A stretch of 64,000 nucleotides of DNA from Isurus oxyrinchus. Taxonomy: Eukaryota. This document shows positions 1 to 13,033 of the stretch, one piece after another. The notes beneath the pieces are model-generated. The model was given only the letters and a program-made list of their open reading frames with translations. It was not told the origin of the DNA and did no database searches. Position 1 is the stretch's first letter. Every line of letters starts with the position of its first letter. The stretch spans positions 74,462,001 to 74,526,000 of the forward strand of contig JANJGN010000002.1 in the NCBI GenBank assembly GCA_026770705.1, in the 5' to 3' direction. Both the position numbers and the translations under genes were made by a program.

Positions 1-1859
1 AGAGATTAAATATCTGGTAAATGGTATTTTTAAAATATTCACAAATCAATATTGGTGCTGTGGTTTTAAAGCCAATTGTTACTTGGATTCCAATTATTTG
101 TTTCACCATTTCAAAAAGTGCTGGGCTAGCAGAAGCTATACTCAAATTGCCCTTTGATGTTTATCATTATAGCCAAACACTTGAGGTCACCTCAGCGTAG
201 CAGACTTGGCTCATACTCCCATCAGTGCTTTTCACAAGGATCCATCTGGTCAATATACACATGAGCTCATGAATCAGTATAGCTCTGCAGTAGCTGCAGG
301 TGACTAACTATTTGAAACCACAGGGGTGATGTAAATCAGGCTCAAGACCAGCTCAAGCTGACAGAAATCAATAGGTTTTGTGAGGTGACAATAAAATGAA
401 GTGATCTATTATGCAAGAATAAAAGCAACATGAGGTACTAAGCACTTCTTCTAGCAGGTTCTGTTTAACTTAGAACCAATTCCATGATGCTTAAATTAAA
501 TATTACTTTAAATGTCATACTTAAAGAGCTGGTGGCCCAATGCTCGATATTTTGCTTTTCCAGCAGTTGAAAGCAAAGGTAATAGGATCCTAAACTGTCT
601 GATGATTCAATTTTCTGTTTCATCTGAAATTAATTTTAAATGAACTGAATCACTACAAATATAATAAGGCCCTGACAAAATCAAAACAATTGCTTTCAAT
701 TGGCAATTTATTATATTCCCAGGGTTAATCATTCCTATGTTAAATGTTGTAATTTGAAGCAGAGCCTGCAGTGACAATTCAACTTTGGCTTTCTCCACAT
801 CTACTACATATGCTCTTTCCCAGGAAGATAATCTGTGCACCATAAAAGGTTCAGATAAAATTCTCAATTTAGGTCCAAAGCCTCTTAATTGTCCCTCATT
901 TATCATGGTGTAACTTGTTGAAAACTTAAAAACCATTCACCTATCCCTCTGCCTGTGGTACATAACTATAATCAATTCAGTCATGTTAAGAAAGATTGTC
1001 AGCCGTGTCAAAAACACTGATTTTCAGAACAGTGTGCTCACTTATGCTGTATATATTGGTAGGACCTGACTCCAGATTTATCCTGCAAATTTAGCATTTC
1101 TAGCAATTCTACATGGCAGAATAAATGCAATGATGAAAAATCACAAGTGGAAACTCTACAAAAATGAAGTACTGTATGTTATAATGGTCTATAATCTCTG
1201 TATAGATTTAGATTCTAAAATAAAAATCAAGCTGCCTACATTAGTTTGAGACTGGCTGAATATTTAATTCAAAAATAAATGTTCAGAAATGAATGTTCAT
1301 ACAATCACTGCAAAGAATTTTGCAACAGTATCCAGTTAATATTAGCATTTAAAATTTTCCCCATTAAAATCAACATTTAGAACCTTAAATTAAGCTATTT
1401 CCAGAAAAGACCAGCCAGGGTGCAAACAGCTGAAAAAGCTTAAACACTTTTCTGCAGGGGATGGTGTTTATTTTGCTTCAAAGAGCAAGTTCCCACCATA
1501 ATCAGCACCCCCACCCCCTCCTTACATTTCAGTACAGCAATTAGCACATCCAATTCAAAATGTTCCATCAAAGACAATTAAAATTCAAAATCACTGCTGT
1601 GGACAACATTGCATCATTAAGAAAGATGTGGTTTAATTTCATTACAGGTAGCTCTGCTTTACTTTTACTGACCAAAACACCCATTTTATTCCCTTTCTAT
1701 TCAATAGCTTTTCATCATTTTATTCATTTCTTACAATCACTCTCCTCCTCCAAAAACAGTGCCATAGTTTCTCTGGAGCATACCTGATGGTATTAGGTGA
1801 ATTAAAAGCATTGGAGTATGCTAAAATAAGTCCATTTAAGGTATTCTGGTTCCAAAAGT

Positions 1860-3980
1860 GGACCCTTCTAATCCCCAATTTGAAAATCTTCATCTTTGTT
1901 TCCAAATCTCTCCGTTGCCTCCTTCATCCTGATCTCTGTAATCTCCTCAAACCCTACAAGAACTTGCATTTGTATAGCACCTTTAATGTATCAGAATATC
2001 CCAGGGCACTTCACAGGAGTGTATTCAAAACAAAATTCAACACCACATCAATTAAGGAGATATTAGGCCAGGAGACCAAAACCTTTGGTCAAAAAGGGAG
2101 GTTTTAAAGAGTATCTTAAAGAGGAGAAATGTTGTACGATGGAGAGGTCTAGAGAGGGAATTCCAGAGTTTACAGTCTGGGCAGCTGAAGGCATAGCCAC
2201 CTATGGTGGCATGATTAAAATATGGGAGTTAAAGGAGGCCAAAATAAGAGTACAACAAATAACTTGGAGAATTGTAGGGCTGGAGGAGATTACACATATA
2301 AGGAGGATTGAAGCCATAAAGAAATTTGAAATCAAGGATGAAAATTTTAAAACTGAGGCTTTGCTGGACTAGAAGTCAATGTAAGTTGGCAAGCAAAGGG
2401 GTGGTGGGTGAATATGATTTGAGAGTTAGAATGTTGGCAGCAGAGTTTTGGTGAATGCAAGCTTATATAGGGTGGAATACGGGAGGTCATCTAGGAGAGC
2501 ATTAGAATAATTAAGTCTTGAGGTAACTAAGACTTGGATAATGATTTCTGCAAATGAGCTGAGACAGGGCCGGAGTCATGCAACAGAGGTGGGATAAGGC
2601 GGTCTTGGTAATAGAACTGATATGTGGTCGAAAACTCGTGTCTGGGTCAAATACAACACCAAGTTTGCAAAAGGTCTGATTCAGACAATTGCCAGGGAGG
2701 GGGAGCCGACTCAGGTTAGGGAACAGAGCTTGAGGAGCTTTGTTCCTTCCCAATATTTAGTTGGACAAGCAGTTTGATAAATGAAATAGTGGAGGGCTCA
2801 AGAGAGGTCATGGTAAGGCAAAGCTGGGAATTATAAGCTGAGAATCTGACATTTTCGAATGATGTCACTGAGGGGCAGTACATAGCTGAAAAATTGGAGG
2901 GAGCCATGGGTAGATCCTTTGGGACTCTAGAGATAATGTGCAAGAACGGGAAGATAAGCTATTGCAAATGATTCCCTGACTACAACTAGTTATCAATGGA
3001 ACCAACAAGGCCAGTGCCACCTAACTTGATGACGGAGGAGAGGTGTTGGAAGAAGATGGTGTGGTCACTGGCTGTAAACAGGCCGAGAAGAATGAGGAGG
3101 GTGAGTTTGTCATTGTGACAATCACATAAAACGTCATTTGTGATTTTGATTAGAGGCAAAACCTGAGTGGTGGGATTCAAACATGAGTATCTAGGTGTGA
3201 CGCACATAAATTTAGGAGGCAATGCGCATTCAAGGACTTGAGGGGAAAAGGAGTTGGAGATGGGGCTGGTTTTCAAGTACAGAGGACTCATGGGTATTTT
3301 TTTTGAGGAGAGGACTGACTACATCAGATTTGGAGGGGAGAGAAACAATATCTGAAAGATGGGACCATTAACAGTAACAGTTGGGAGGTCAGCAGTTTGG
3401 TGGGACTCGGGTCAAGGAAGAGGGTGGTGGGTCTTTCTGACAAGGTGAGCTCAGAGATTTGATGGGAGACAGGTGAAAAACTATAGAAAAGGTACAAGGC
3501 TATATACAGGAGCTGTATTACAATACTGGCCAATGTGGTCCTTTTAACATGAGATCACTTTAACCAGCTTCTGGGCTCTGGTGTACCAATAAAGTCTAAC
3601 CTGTCATTTAGAATAAAAAATATGGAATACAAAATTAGGGCAGGGGATACCTTATAGAACATTTGGTCTTGTGGGCTAGGGGAAGAGAAAGAAGCAGCAG
3701 AGACAGCTGAACAGATCCTCAGAGATACGTGTGCTCCTCCAATTCTGGCCTCCAGCAAACCCCTAATTTTCTTTGCATCACTACTGGCAATCATGCCTCC
3801 AGCTGCTTGGTTCCAAGCTCTGGAATTCCGTCCACCCATCTTTTACAATGTTACTTATAACCACTTCTTTGACCAAGCTTTTAGTCCTCTGCCCTAATCT
3901 TGCCTGTTTGTTTGATATTTGTTTCTGTCAAATGTCTTGGGACTTTGCACTACATTAGAGGCACTATATAAATGCAAGTT
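1860..3980 (+). mobile_element. L2 LINE 3' fragment, split (1860-1959 and 3715-3980) by a later insertion
   Basis: LKIFIFVSKSLRCLLHPDLCNLLKPY resembles the L2 RT C-terminus; resumes colinearly at ~3715 and ends in the L2-type tail ggcactatataaatgcaagtt. Confidence 0.75.
1960..3510 (-). mobile_element. L2 LINE, degraded RT region and 3' tail
   Basis: ORF pieces LIKITNDVLCDCHNDKLTLLILLGLFTASDH and KLGVVFDPDTSFRPHISSITKTA; tail aacttgcatttgtatagcaccttt at 1961. Confidence 0.85.
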
Positions 3981-4399
3981 CTTTTTGTCATTTTTGTTAT
4001 TTGACCAGAGGTACATTATGTGCTTCAGCTAAGTCATATAATGTTTTTTATTAAATTCAAAATACAGCGATTATTTCATAATGCCACATGCAATGAATCA
4101 TGGGCACACCATTTGGAATCCAAGCCAGATTTCAGCTGTGTCACAACTAAATTAAGCCAGCGAGAAAGGATTTCCTTTAGTTTAGTTTACTCCAAATTGG
4201 AGACAGATCAGGATTATTATAAGTACATCAGGAACTGGCTCTCAGCCATATACATCATGGATTCAAGAACATGGTTAAGTGTGCAATACAAGGAGGCATG
4301 GATCTGAAACTACAATTGCAGCATACCAATCATTTCACCACTACAATTCAATTCTTAGCTGCCAACACCTAGTTTGCAGCAAGCTGGGAACCACAGTCA

Positions 4400-4765
4400 T
4401 ATGGGTCAGGGCAGTATCTTTTGCAGACAGAAGGAACATGTCCACACATTACACCTTTTTCAACTAAACAAAAGCTTGGGAAACAGTCATTCCCTGGTTC
4501 ATTCCCAAGGGCAATGCCTTGACCAGAGTCGACCTGCCCGATTTGAAGTTGAACAAAGCTGGGCAGTTCACTGTTCAATGCCGCATTCTCCATCATGACA
4601 CCCCCAACAGAGTCCACTTGCCAACCAATCAACACCTCTTCTCATGCAATATAAATTGTTATTCCCCTTTACTGTTGGTTTATTTTGCATAGCTATCCTG
4701 ATGAATGCAAGATGGAAAGCTTTGATAGCATGTCTCGTTTCTTCAGCAATATTCAAGATCTGTAA
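4400..4765 (+). mobile_element. Penelope-like element 3' end/pLTR, same family as 44346-45845
   Basis: Colinear similarity to the reverse complement of 44360-44720; contains a hammerhead motif. Confidence 0.85.
4692..4729 (+). ncRNA. Minimal type I hammerhead ribozyme motif (degenerate) in PLE pLTR
   Basis: gctatc-CTGATGA-atgcaagat-GGAA-agct-TT-gatagc; perfect 6-bp stem I, palindromic stem III. Confidence 0.7.
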
Positions 4766-5290
4766 TATCCAACAACTACAAAATTATTCTTTTCGGAAAG
4801 GCAAAATGGCAGATGTTGCAATTTAAACCACTTGTATATTAAATAAAGAGAACTCTTTGTGGAAACAAAGGACTTAGGTGCAAGAGTAGGCCATTTAGCC
4901 CTTCAAGCCTGCTCAGCCATTCAATTAGATTACGGCTGATCTGGTTGTGGTCTTGGCATATAGTAATATTCATAAACTGAACTGGGAGGTTCTTCCACTT
5001 TTCCTGAAGTGTTGATTTAACTGGCTAACAGAAACCTCATGTTCACTTTCATTTTTTTCACCAAAAGTTGACAATGACTCTACATAGTCCATTAAAGGAA
5101 GTCAACATTCTATCTCAAAGTGATTCATTCTTCAATGAAAACCATTCCTGTGCTCAAGAACCATTAAAGTGCTTTTAAAATACACGATTGCCAAACTCTC
5201 ATTTTCAGAAAAAGTACACAGCAAATCAAAATATAGATATTTTCAAGTGAAATGCAACTTAGTGCCCCCTCCCCACTCAGGCTCTTAATC

Positions 5291-8045
5291 GTTTTTTTCC
5301 TTTTTTCATGTGGGCATCGCTGGCTAGGCCAGCATTTATTGCCCATCCCTAACTGTCCTCCAGAAGATGGTGAACCACCTTCCTGACCACTGCAATTCAT
5401 CTGTTATAGGTACACCTATAGTGCTGCTAGGAAAAGAGATGCAGGATTTTGATCCAGCGACAGTGAAGGAACGGCAATAAGCTTCGAGTCAAGATGGTGT
5501 GTGACTTGAAGGGGAACTTGCCGGTGATAGTGCTCCCATGCATCTGCTGTCCTTGACCTTCTAGATGGTAAAGGTCACGGGTTTGGAAGATGCTGTCAAC
5601 AAAGCAACACTGGCGAGTTGTTGCAGTGCTTCTTGTATATGTTATACACTGCTATTACTGTGTGTCGATGGAGTGAATGTTTAAGGTGGTGGACAGACTG
5701 CTGATCAAGCAGGGTGCTTTGTCCTGGATGGTCTTGAGCTCGAGTGTGGAACTGCACTCATCCAGGCAAGTGGGGAGTATTACATTACATTCCTGACTTA
5801 TGCCTTGTAGATGGTGGACAGCTTTTGGGGAGTCAGATGAGTTACTAGCCACAGGGTTCCAGCCTCTGACCTGCTCTTGTAGCCACAGTATTTATATGGC
5901 TAGTCCAGTTCAGTTTCTGGTCAATGGTAACCCTCAGGATGTTGATGGTGAGGGATTCAGCAATGGTAACGCCATGGGGAAATGGTTAGATTCTCTCTTG
6001 GGTGGCGTGAATGTTACTTGCCACTTATCAACCCAAGCCTGGATATTGTCCAGGTCTTGTTACACATGGACATGAATTGCTTCAGTTTCGGAGAAATTGC
6101 AAATAGTACTGAACATAGTGCAATCATCAGTGAACATCCCCACCTCTGATCTTATGATGGAAGGAAGGTCATTGATGAAGCAGCTGAAGATGGTTGGGAT
6201 CAGGACACTCCCTGAGGAGCTCCTGCAGTGATATCCTGGGACTGAGATGATTGGCCTCCAACAAACACAGCCATCTTCCTTTGCACTCAGTACAACTCCA
6301 ACTAGTGGAGAAACCACACACACACCCCACCCCACCCCCTCATCCCCCCAATTCCCACCAAATTCAATTTTGCTAGGGCTCTCTGATGCCACACTTGGTC
6401 CAAAGCTGCTTTGATGTCTACTGCTGTCACTCTCGCCACACTTCTGGAATTCAGCTCTTTTATCCATGTTTAGACCAAGGCTGTAATAAGGTCAGGAGAC
6501 AAGTGGTCCTGGCAGAACCCAAACTGAGCAGGTATTGCTCTGTAAGTACCATTTGATAGCACTCTCAACAACGCCTTCTATCAATATGCTGATGATTGAT
6601 AGAGTGGCAATTGGCCAGATTGGATTTGTCCTGCTTTTTTGTGGACAGGACATACCTGGCCAATTTTCCACATTGTCAGGTAGATGCCAGTGTTGTAGCT
6701 GTACGGGAACAGCTTGGCTAGGGGTGCAGCAAGTTCTGGAGCACAAGTCTTCAGTACTATTAGTGATGTCATCAAGGTCAATAGCCTTCACAGTATCCAG
6801 TGCCTTCAGCTGTTTCTTGATATCACATGGAGTGAATCGTATTGGCTGAAGACTGGTCTCTGTGGTGCTGGTGACCTCAGGAAGCCGAGATAGATCATCC
6901 ATTCGGCACTTTTGGCTGAAGATGATTGCAAATGCTTCAGCCTCGTCTTTTGCACTGATGTACTCGGCTCCCCCATCAAAAGGGATGGGATATTTGTGCA
7001 GCCTCCTCTTCCAGTCAGTTGTTTAACTGTCCACCTCTATTCATGGTTGGATGTGGCAGGACTGCAGAGCTTTGATCTGAGCCATTGATTGTGGGATCAC
7101 TTAGCTCTGTCTATCGCAGGCTGCTTCCACTATCTATCATGCACGTAGTCCTGTGCTATAGCTTCACCAGGTGGACACTTCATTTTTAGGTATGCCTGGC
7201 GCCACTCTGGCATTCCTCATGCTCTCCTGCACTCCTTATTTAACCAGAGTTGATCCCCTGGCTTAATGGTAATGGTACAGCGATGGATATGCCAGGCCAT
7301 AAATGTATAGATTCTGGTTTGGTTCAATTCTGCTGCAGCTGATAGCCACAGTATCTCATAGCTGTCCAGTCTTGAGCTACTAGATCTATTCTAAATCTAT
7401 TCCATTTAGCACAATGTTAGCGCCACAATGACAGATGGTATCCTCAGTGGAAGATGGGACTTCATCTATACAAGCATTGTACAGAGATCACTCCTACCAA
7501 TAGTATCATGATTGGACACATCTGTGACAGGCAGATTGGCAGGGCGAGATCAAGTAGGTTTTTCCATCTTTTTGGTTCCCTCATCACCTGCTGCAGGCCC
7601 CATCTGGCAGATAGGTTCTTTAGGACTTGGCCAACTCAGTCAGTAGTGGTGCTACTGAACCATTCTTGGTGATGGACATTTTGCACCCTTGTTACCCTCA
7701 GTGCTTCTTCCAAGTAGTGTTCAACGTGGAGGAGTAATGATTCATCAGCTGAGGGAGGGAGGGCAGTACGTGATAATCAGCAAGAGATTTCCTTGCCCAT
7801 GTTTGACCCAATGCAATTGACTTCATGGGATCTGAAGTCAATGTTGCGGACTCCCAGGGCAATTCCCTCCTGACTCTATACCCTGTGCCACCACTTCAAT
7901 TGGGTCTGTCCTGTCTGTAATATGATATAACCAGTGATGGTACTAGTGCTGTCTGGGACATTGGCTAGAAGGTATGATTCTGTGAATATGACTATGTCAA
8001 GCTGTACTTAAATAGTCAATTGAACAGCTCTCCAAATTTTGAACC
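5291..8045 (-). mobile_element. CR1/L2-group LINE (Crack/Daphne-like), degraded ORF2 and 3' tail
   Basis: VLKTCAPELAAPLAKLF..SYNTGIYLTMWKIGQVCPVHKK, DIKAALDQVWH, GSVLIPTIFSCFINDLPS..MFTDDCT; frameshifted. Confidence 0.85.
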
Positions 8046-8329
8046 ACATTACTATGATAAAGAAGGGAGTAGAGGGAATAACAACAGGAGATGGTTACCT
8101 CCACAACAGTGTGACACAATGCCCAGAATTCAGCCCAGGAAATCAGAGATTTGACTATTTTCGTCCTTCCTTTCCACTCCACCTCCCAAAATGTGGGGGG
8201 AGGGAATGCATCACTATACAACACAGAAATCACACTGTTAACTAATCCTATGAAATATGCTTTAACTAAATAAACTTAGAAAGTTACTGAGACATTTATG
8301 TGTGACGAGCTGTCCAGGGCCAATGGTTA

Positions 8330-8712
8330 CATAAGAACATTAAAAAAATGGGAGGAGTAGACTATTCGACCCCGCTATCCTGCTCTGCCATTTAATATCA
8401 TGGCTGATCTGATAGTGGCCTGAAATGCTCTTTCCTGCCTGCCCTCCCCCAACCCCATAACACTCAACTGCCTTGTCAGTCAAAAATCTGAATATATTCA
8501 AGGCTGAGTTAGACAATGACCCAGCCTCCACTGCTCTCTGGGGAAGAGAATTCCAACCACTAACAACCCACAGAAGAAATTCCTCATCTCCATCTTAAAT
8601 GGGAGATGACTTATTTTGAAATTTTGAAACTGCATCCCTGAGTCCTAGAATCTCCCATAAGAAACATCCTCTCAGTATCTACTTTGTTAAGCCCCCTCAG
8701 AATCTTATGATT
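8330..8712 (-). mobile_element. CR1 LINE 3' end
   Basis: Typical CR1 3' UTR and RT terminus (WNSLPQRAVEA-type coding on minus strand). Confidence 0.8.
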
Positions 8713-8819
8713 TTAGTCTTATATGGGTGTAGTATTGGATGTAGCCAAGCAGCTAAGACAAAAACAGAATTACCTGGAAAAACTCAGCAGGTCTGGCAGC
8801 ATCAGCGGAGAAGAAAAGA

Positions 8820-8856
8820 GTTGACGTTTCGAGTCCTCATGACCCTTCGACAGAAC
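8820..8856 (-). ncRNA. Minimal hammerhead ribozyme, core variant CUGUCGA
   Basis: Minus strand gtt-CTGTCGA-a-gggtc-atgag-gactc-GAAA-C-GTC-aac; ACGT palindromic stem III, GUC triplet. Confidence 0.75.
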
Positions 8857-8917
8857 GTGAGTTCGAGTCCAAGAAAGAGTTGAAATATAAGCTGGTTTAA
8901 GGTGTGTGGGAGGGGCG

Positions 8918-8943
8918 GAGAGAGAGAGAGAGAGAGAGAGAGA
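8918..8943. repeat. (AG)n microsatellite inside PLE 3' UTR
   Basis: Direct reading. Confidence 0.95.
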
Positions 8944-9243
8944 AGTGGAGGGGGGGATGTGGTTGTAGGGACAAACAAGCAGTGATAGAAGCAGATCATC
9001 AAAAGATGTCAACAACAATAGAACACATAGGTGTTAAAGTTGGTGATATTATCTAAACAAATGTGCTAATTAAGAATGGATGGTAGGGCACTCAAGGTAT
9101 AGCTCTAGTGGGGTGGGGAGAGCATAAAAGATTTTAAGATATTTAAAAATAATGGAAATAGGTGGGAAAAGAAAAATCTATATAATTTATTGGAAAAAAA
9201 AGGAAGGGGGAAACAGAAATGGGGTGGGGATGGGGGAGGGAGC

Positions 9244-9670
9244 TCACGACCTAAAGTTGTTGAATTCAATATTCAGTCCGGAAGGCTGTAAAGTGCCTAG
9301 TCGGAAGATGAGGTGTTGTTCCTCCAGTTTGCGTTCGGCTTCACTGGAACAATGCAGCAAGCCAAGGACAGACATGTGGGCAAGAGAGCAGGGTGGAGTG
9401 TTAAAATGGCAAGCGACAGGGAGGTTTGGGTCATTCTTGCGGACAGACCGCAGGTGTTCTGCAAAGCGGTCGCCCAGTTTACGTTTGGTCTCTCCAATGT
9501 AGAGGAGACCACATTTGGAGCAACGAATGCAGTAGACTAAGTTGGGGGAAATGCAAGTGAAATGCTGCTTCACTTGAAAGGAGTGTTTGAGCCCTTGGAC
9601 GGTGAGGAGAGAGGAAGTGAAGGGGCAGGTGTTGCAATTTTTGCGTGGGCATGGGGTGGTGCCATAGGAA
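9244..9670 (-). pseudogene. 5'-truncated but open PLE GIY-YIG endonuclease domain
   Basis: CPRKNCNTC Zn-finger-like linker, NLVYCIRCSKCGLLYIGETKRKLGDRFAEH, VACHF, FRLGTLQPSGLNIEF. Confidence 0.9.
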
Positions 9671-11357
9671 GTCTGAAAGCACAAAAGTACTGGATGCTGG
9701 AAATCTGAAATGAAGCCCAAAAATACCTGATATGAACAGGTAGCTGATGCTGCAGGTGTGAACTTTTCATAACACTTCTGACAAAATTATTTAATTTGCC
9801 TGGCTCCAATAATATGCTTATAAGTTCTGTTCTTTCACCCATACATGAGCATGCTCAAATGCTCTCTTCAGAATGGTTACATATTAAATGTTGAGAATGT
9901 GCAGGCAGGGATATCCACACAGTATAAAACACTGAAATCAATTACAGATCAGTAGTGGGTTCACTGAATTGGGGCCATACTTGAATTGGCATGAATTCCA
10001 AGCAATGTAAAACTCAGATCACCTCTTTGGAGTCAGATCTGGCCTGGACACCAGAACTGTACTACAACTTTGGCATCAAGCTATTTTGCAATGACGCTAA
10101 AGTAACAGAAAATGCATTCTATAAATAAGAGCTGATGGCACATAAGCTGTAATTACCAAGTACACTCTGGGATTCCAAAGTATAAATTGATAATAGTGTT
10201 TAGTCATGCAGTACAAAATAAACCAAACAATAAGTTTGCATAATACATGTTTAAGATTAAGGGATATCACAGTTTCCTCCTTGAAAAATGCACTAGCTGT
10301 GTTGTACAGTGGACTGCTATTTGGAATAATAAACTCATATAAGCAGGTGCAAATGACTACTTATATGCCCTTGCTGCTGACACAATTCGGTCACTCAATA
10401 ATACTTTAAACAAAGCCACTCATTAATATCAGAGACTCTACACAGAACAAAAAACATTTGTTATGCCATCTTTCAATTACAGACAGTATAATTACATTGT
10501 GTGCCTTTTGTTCCCTGCAATATTATACACAGCAGCGTGGAGAGGCATAGAACATAACACAGACAGATGTAGACTAGATCACTTTAATAAGGTTTAGCTT
10601 TAGGCAAATTATAAGTACTGTGAAATATTAACTTTCTTAGCCATTAATGAGAACTATAAGATTAGTGGCGCTGTTCCTGCAGAGGGATGTATAAACTTAT
10701 TTTCACATTGACCAAATGAAACTACGTCCTGAGGTCACTGCCAACAGCATAGTGACAAAAGCCAAGGGAGTGGCTGTAATGTGGAGTTAGAGGAAACTGG
10801 GCTCAAATACAATTACCCAACAATTCAATTTACACTAAGCATGAAGGCACAAAAGCAAAAGCTACTAAGGAAGTGGCATGTTGGAATAGCATACAACACA
10901 TTGTTAGAGTGCTTCCTTTGGAAGGTCCCACCTGCCAAATTTGTTTCATTAGTGATGTGGCTATGCATAAATTACCATGTGTAAGATCTGATGAAATGCA
11001 ACTGCTCAAAAATCATGAACTGGAGAAGATTTCACTGTCAGCCCAAGTTTCCTTCCCTCTGTCTGTACTCTGGCCTATGTTTCTGTGTATGGGACTTTCC
11101 TCAATGTTAAGATGATCTGTGTAAACCAGTGATACTGAAAATACATTGCTCAGCTGTATAGTTGAGCTGAAAATTCAGTCCATTTGGGACCTAGAGCAAA
11201 GCTGATACATCTGTCTATATCACTGTGTTCAGCCAAATTAGTATATCAGGGCATGGCCGAAACTGACAAGTAATTTATTCACTTAACTTTTAATTTCCTG
11301 ATTGTGTTGCCATTTTGAGTCTGACATAAATGACAGTGCAGCATTGGAGAACATTGA

Positions 11358-11526
11358 AACGAAAACAGAAAATGCTGGAAAAACTCAGCAGGTCTGACAG
11401 CATCTGTGGAGAGAGAAAAACAAAGTTAACGTTTCGAGTCCATATAACCCTTCTTCAAAAATTCAAAGCTGACCCTTCCTCTGAAGAAGGGTCATACAAA
11501 CTTAAAATGTTAACTTTGTTTTTCCT
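11358..11526. mobile_element. Short inverted-repeat PLE derivative with two opposed hammerhead-like motifs
   Basis: gttaacgtttcgagtccatataacccttcttca ... ctgaagaagggtcatacaaacttaaaatgttaac. Confidence 0.8.
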
Positions 11527-13033
11527 GGCCAACATGGCCCTGGCAACGGCCATTTATATGTAATATTATCCTGAGTTCGGCTCAACACTTCTCCAAGGAT
11601 GTCTTGGTATCTCTTATAACTCCTGTTTTGTTTACTTTTTAGGATTCCTCTTTAACACCAAAGCTACATTTATATTATGGTCCACTCCTGATAATTTGAA
11701 TTTTATTTTGCACGGAGAGGAATTAAAATGGTCTAGTATTTCAAACTATCTAACCTTGAAGCTGTAGCTGAAGACTAACACTTTGTATTTCCTTGTTCAG
11801 CAAATAATACATGGTTCTGTCTGCCAGTTGCATTGCCAAATCAAAAACACACAGCTAGGTCTCCAAGTTGAGCTGGGCCGCAAGGCTGGAGACTCTCCAT
11901 AGCCCAGAACACTTGTTGCCTATCTTCTTTCTTCCTGCGAGGAGATAAAATCTCTACTTTTACACTAGAATGATGATTTAACTGGGAGACTGTATTCAGT
12001 CTGGATTATCTGAACATGAACATGATCTCTACAGGTTTTTCTGATAAAAATAAGACATAAGAAAAATTTCAAAGCTGACCTGGAATGTTTAAACTTGACT
12101 TTAAAGTTTGCAAGAGATAATAGCTAAAAAAAAACATTTATTTTGTGAAAACACTGAATTCCAATGAATTCCTCGAGTAGAATATTTCAAAACGGTGGCT
12201 GCAGAAATCACAGACCAGTACTCAATATATGATGCTTCAAAATGTAATGCCCGACAAATGCTGCAGCTTTCAGCAGTTTATTCACATATATTTGCACAAG
12301 GAAACAACTTGTAAGGAATGACCATGAATAGAATATCATAATCAATAGCTTGTTGTATATTACCAGACTGAAATAAGTAGAGTTATACTGCCTGTTGCAC
12401 TTCTCATGGAGTTTGGCCAAGATAGCTCTCAGTTAACCTTCCCAGTAAGCTGTGCAAGTGTGCCAGCACACTGCAGTCCACAGCTTATAGTTCAGGGGAC
12501 GAAATGGCCACGTACAGCAGTGGTTTCTTTAAGATATGCATGTTTGGTTATGTGGAAATCTTAAAGAGACTGTGCAGTGTATCAAATGGGCCCATGTACA
12601 ATGAGGGAAATTAGAAGGAACATTGCTCTGTGCTGGCTTCCATGCATGTGCCCAGCAGTAAATTCTATTAACGTGTGTACACAGGCAGGAGCAGCTATAC
12701 CCCAAACATTAAAAAGACACTCCTCAGCATACTGTTAATTGACCATATGGACATGTAAAATGTGGTTTTATACCCCATTCAAAATTATATGACATTAGGT
12801 AAAAATCCAGAGTGCTACGAAACACCTACTGGAGGAGGCTTTACTCTCAGGATAAGTTTCCATCTCTCTATCTCTGATCTCTTCTAAGTTTCTATGTATG
12901 CCCATCATTTAGTTGTTTAGGTACCTTTTTCCATTTCTCTACCTGTATGATACAAAAACCATCTTTTCAAGTTTGCTTTTATTCCACCCGCCCCCCTTTC
13001 TGACCCTCCTTTCCTCCCTTTGACTCTCTTTGT

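Larger units (their letters stand above)
8758..9670 (-). mobile_element. Penelope-like element (Neptune-type) 3' part: GIY-YIG endonuclease, 3' UTR and pLTR with hammerhead
   Basis: ORF 9244-9670 plus pLTR motif cagacctgctgagtttttccag shared with many short copies. Confidence 0.92.

Noticed and set aside
607-936. 109-aa minus-strand ORF
   Set aside because: No recognisable domain, immediately preceded by an in-frame stop, no supporting exon partners.
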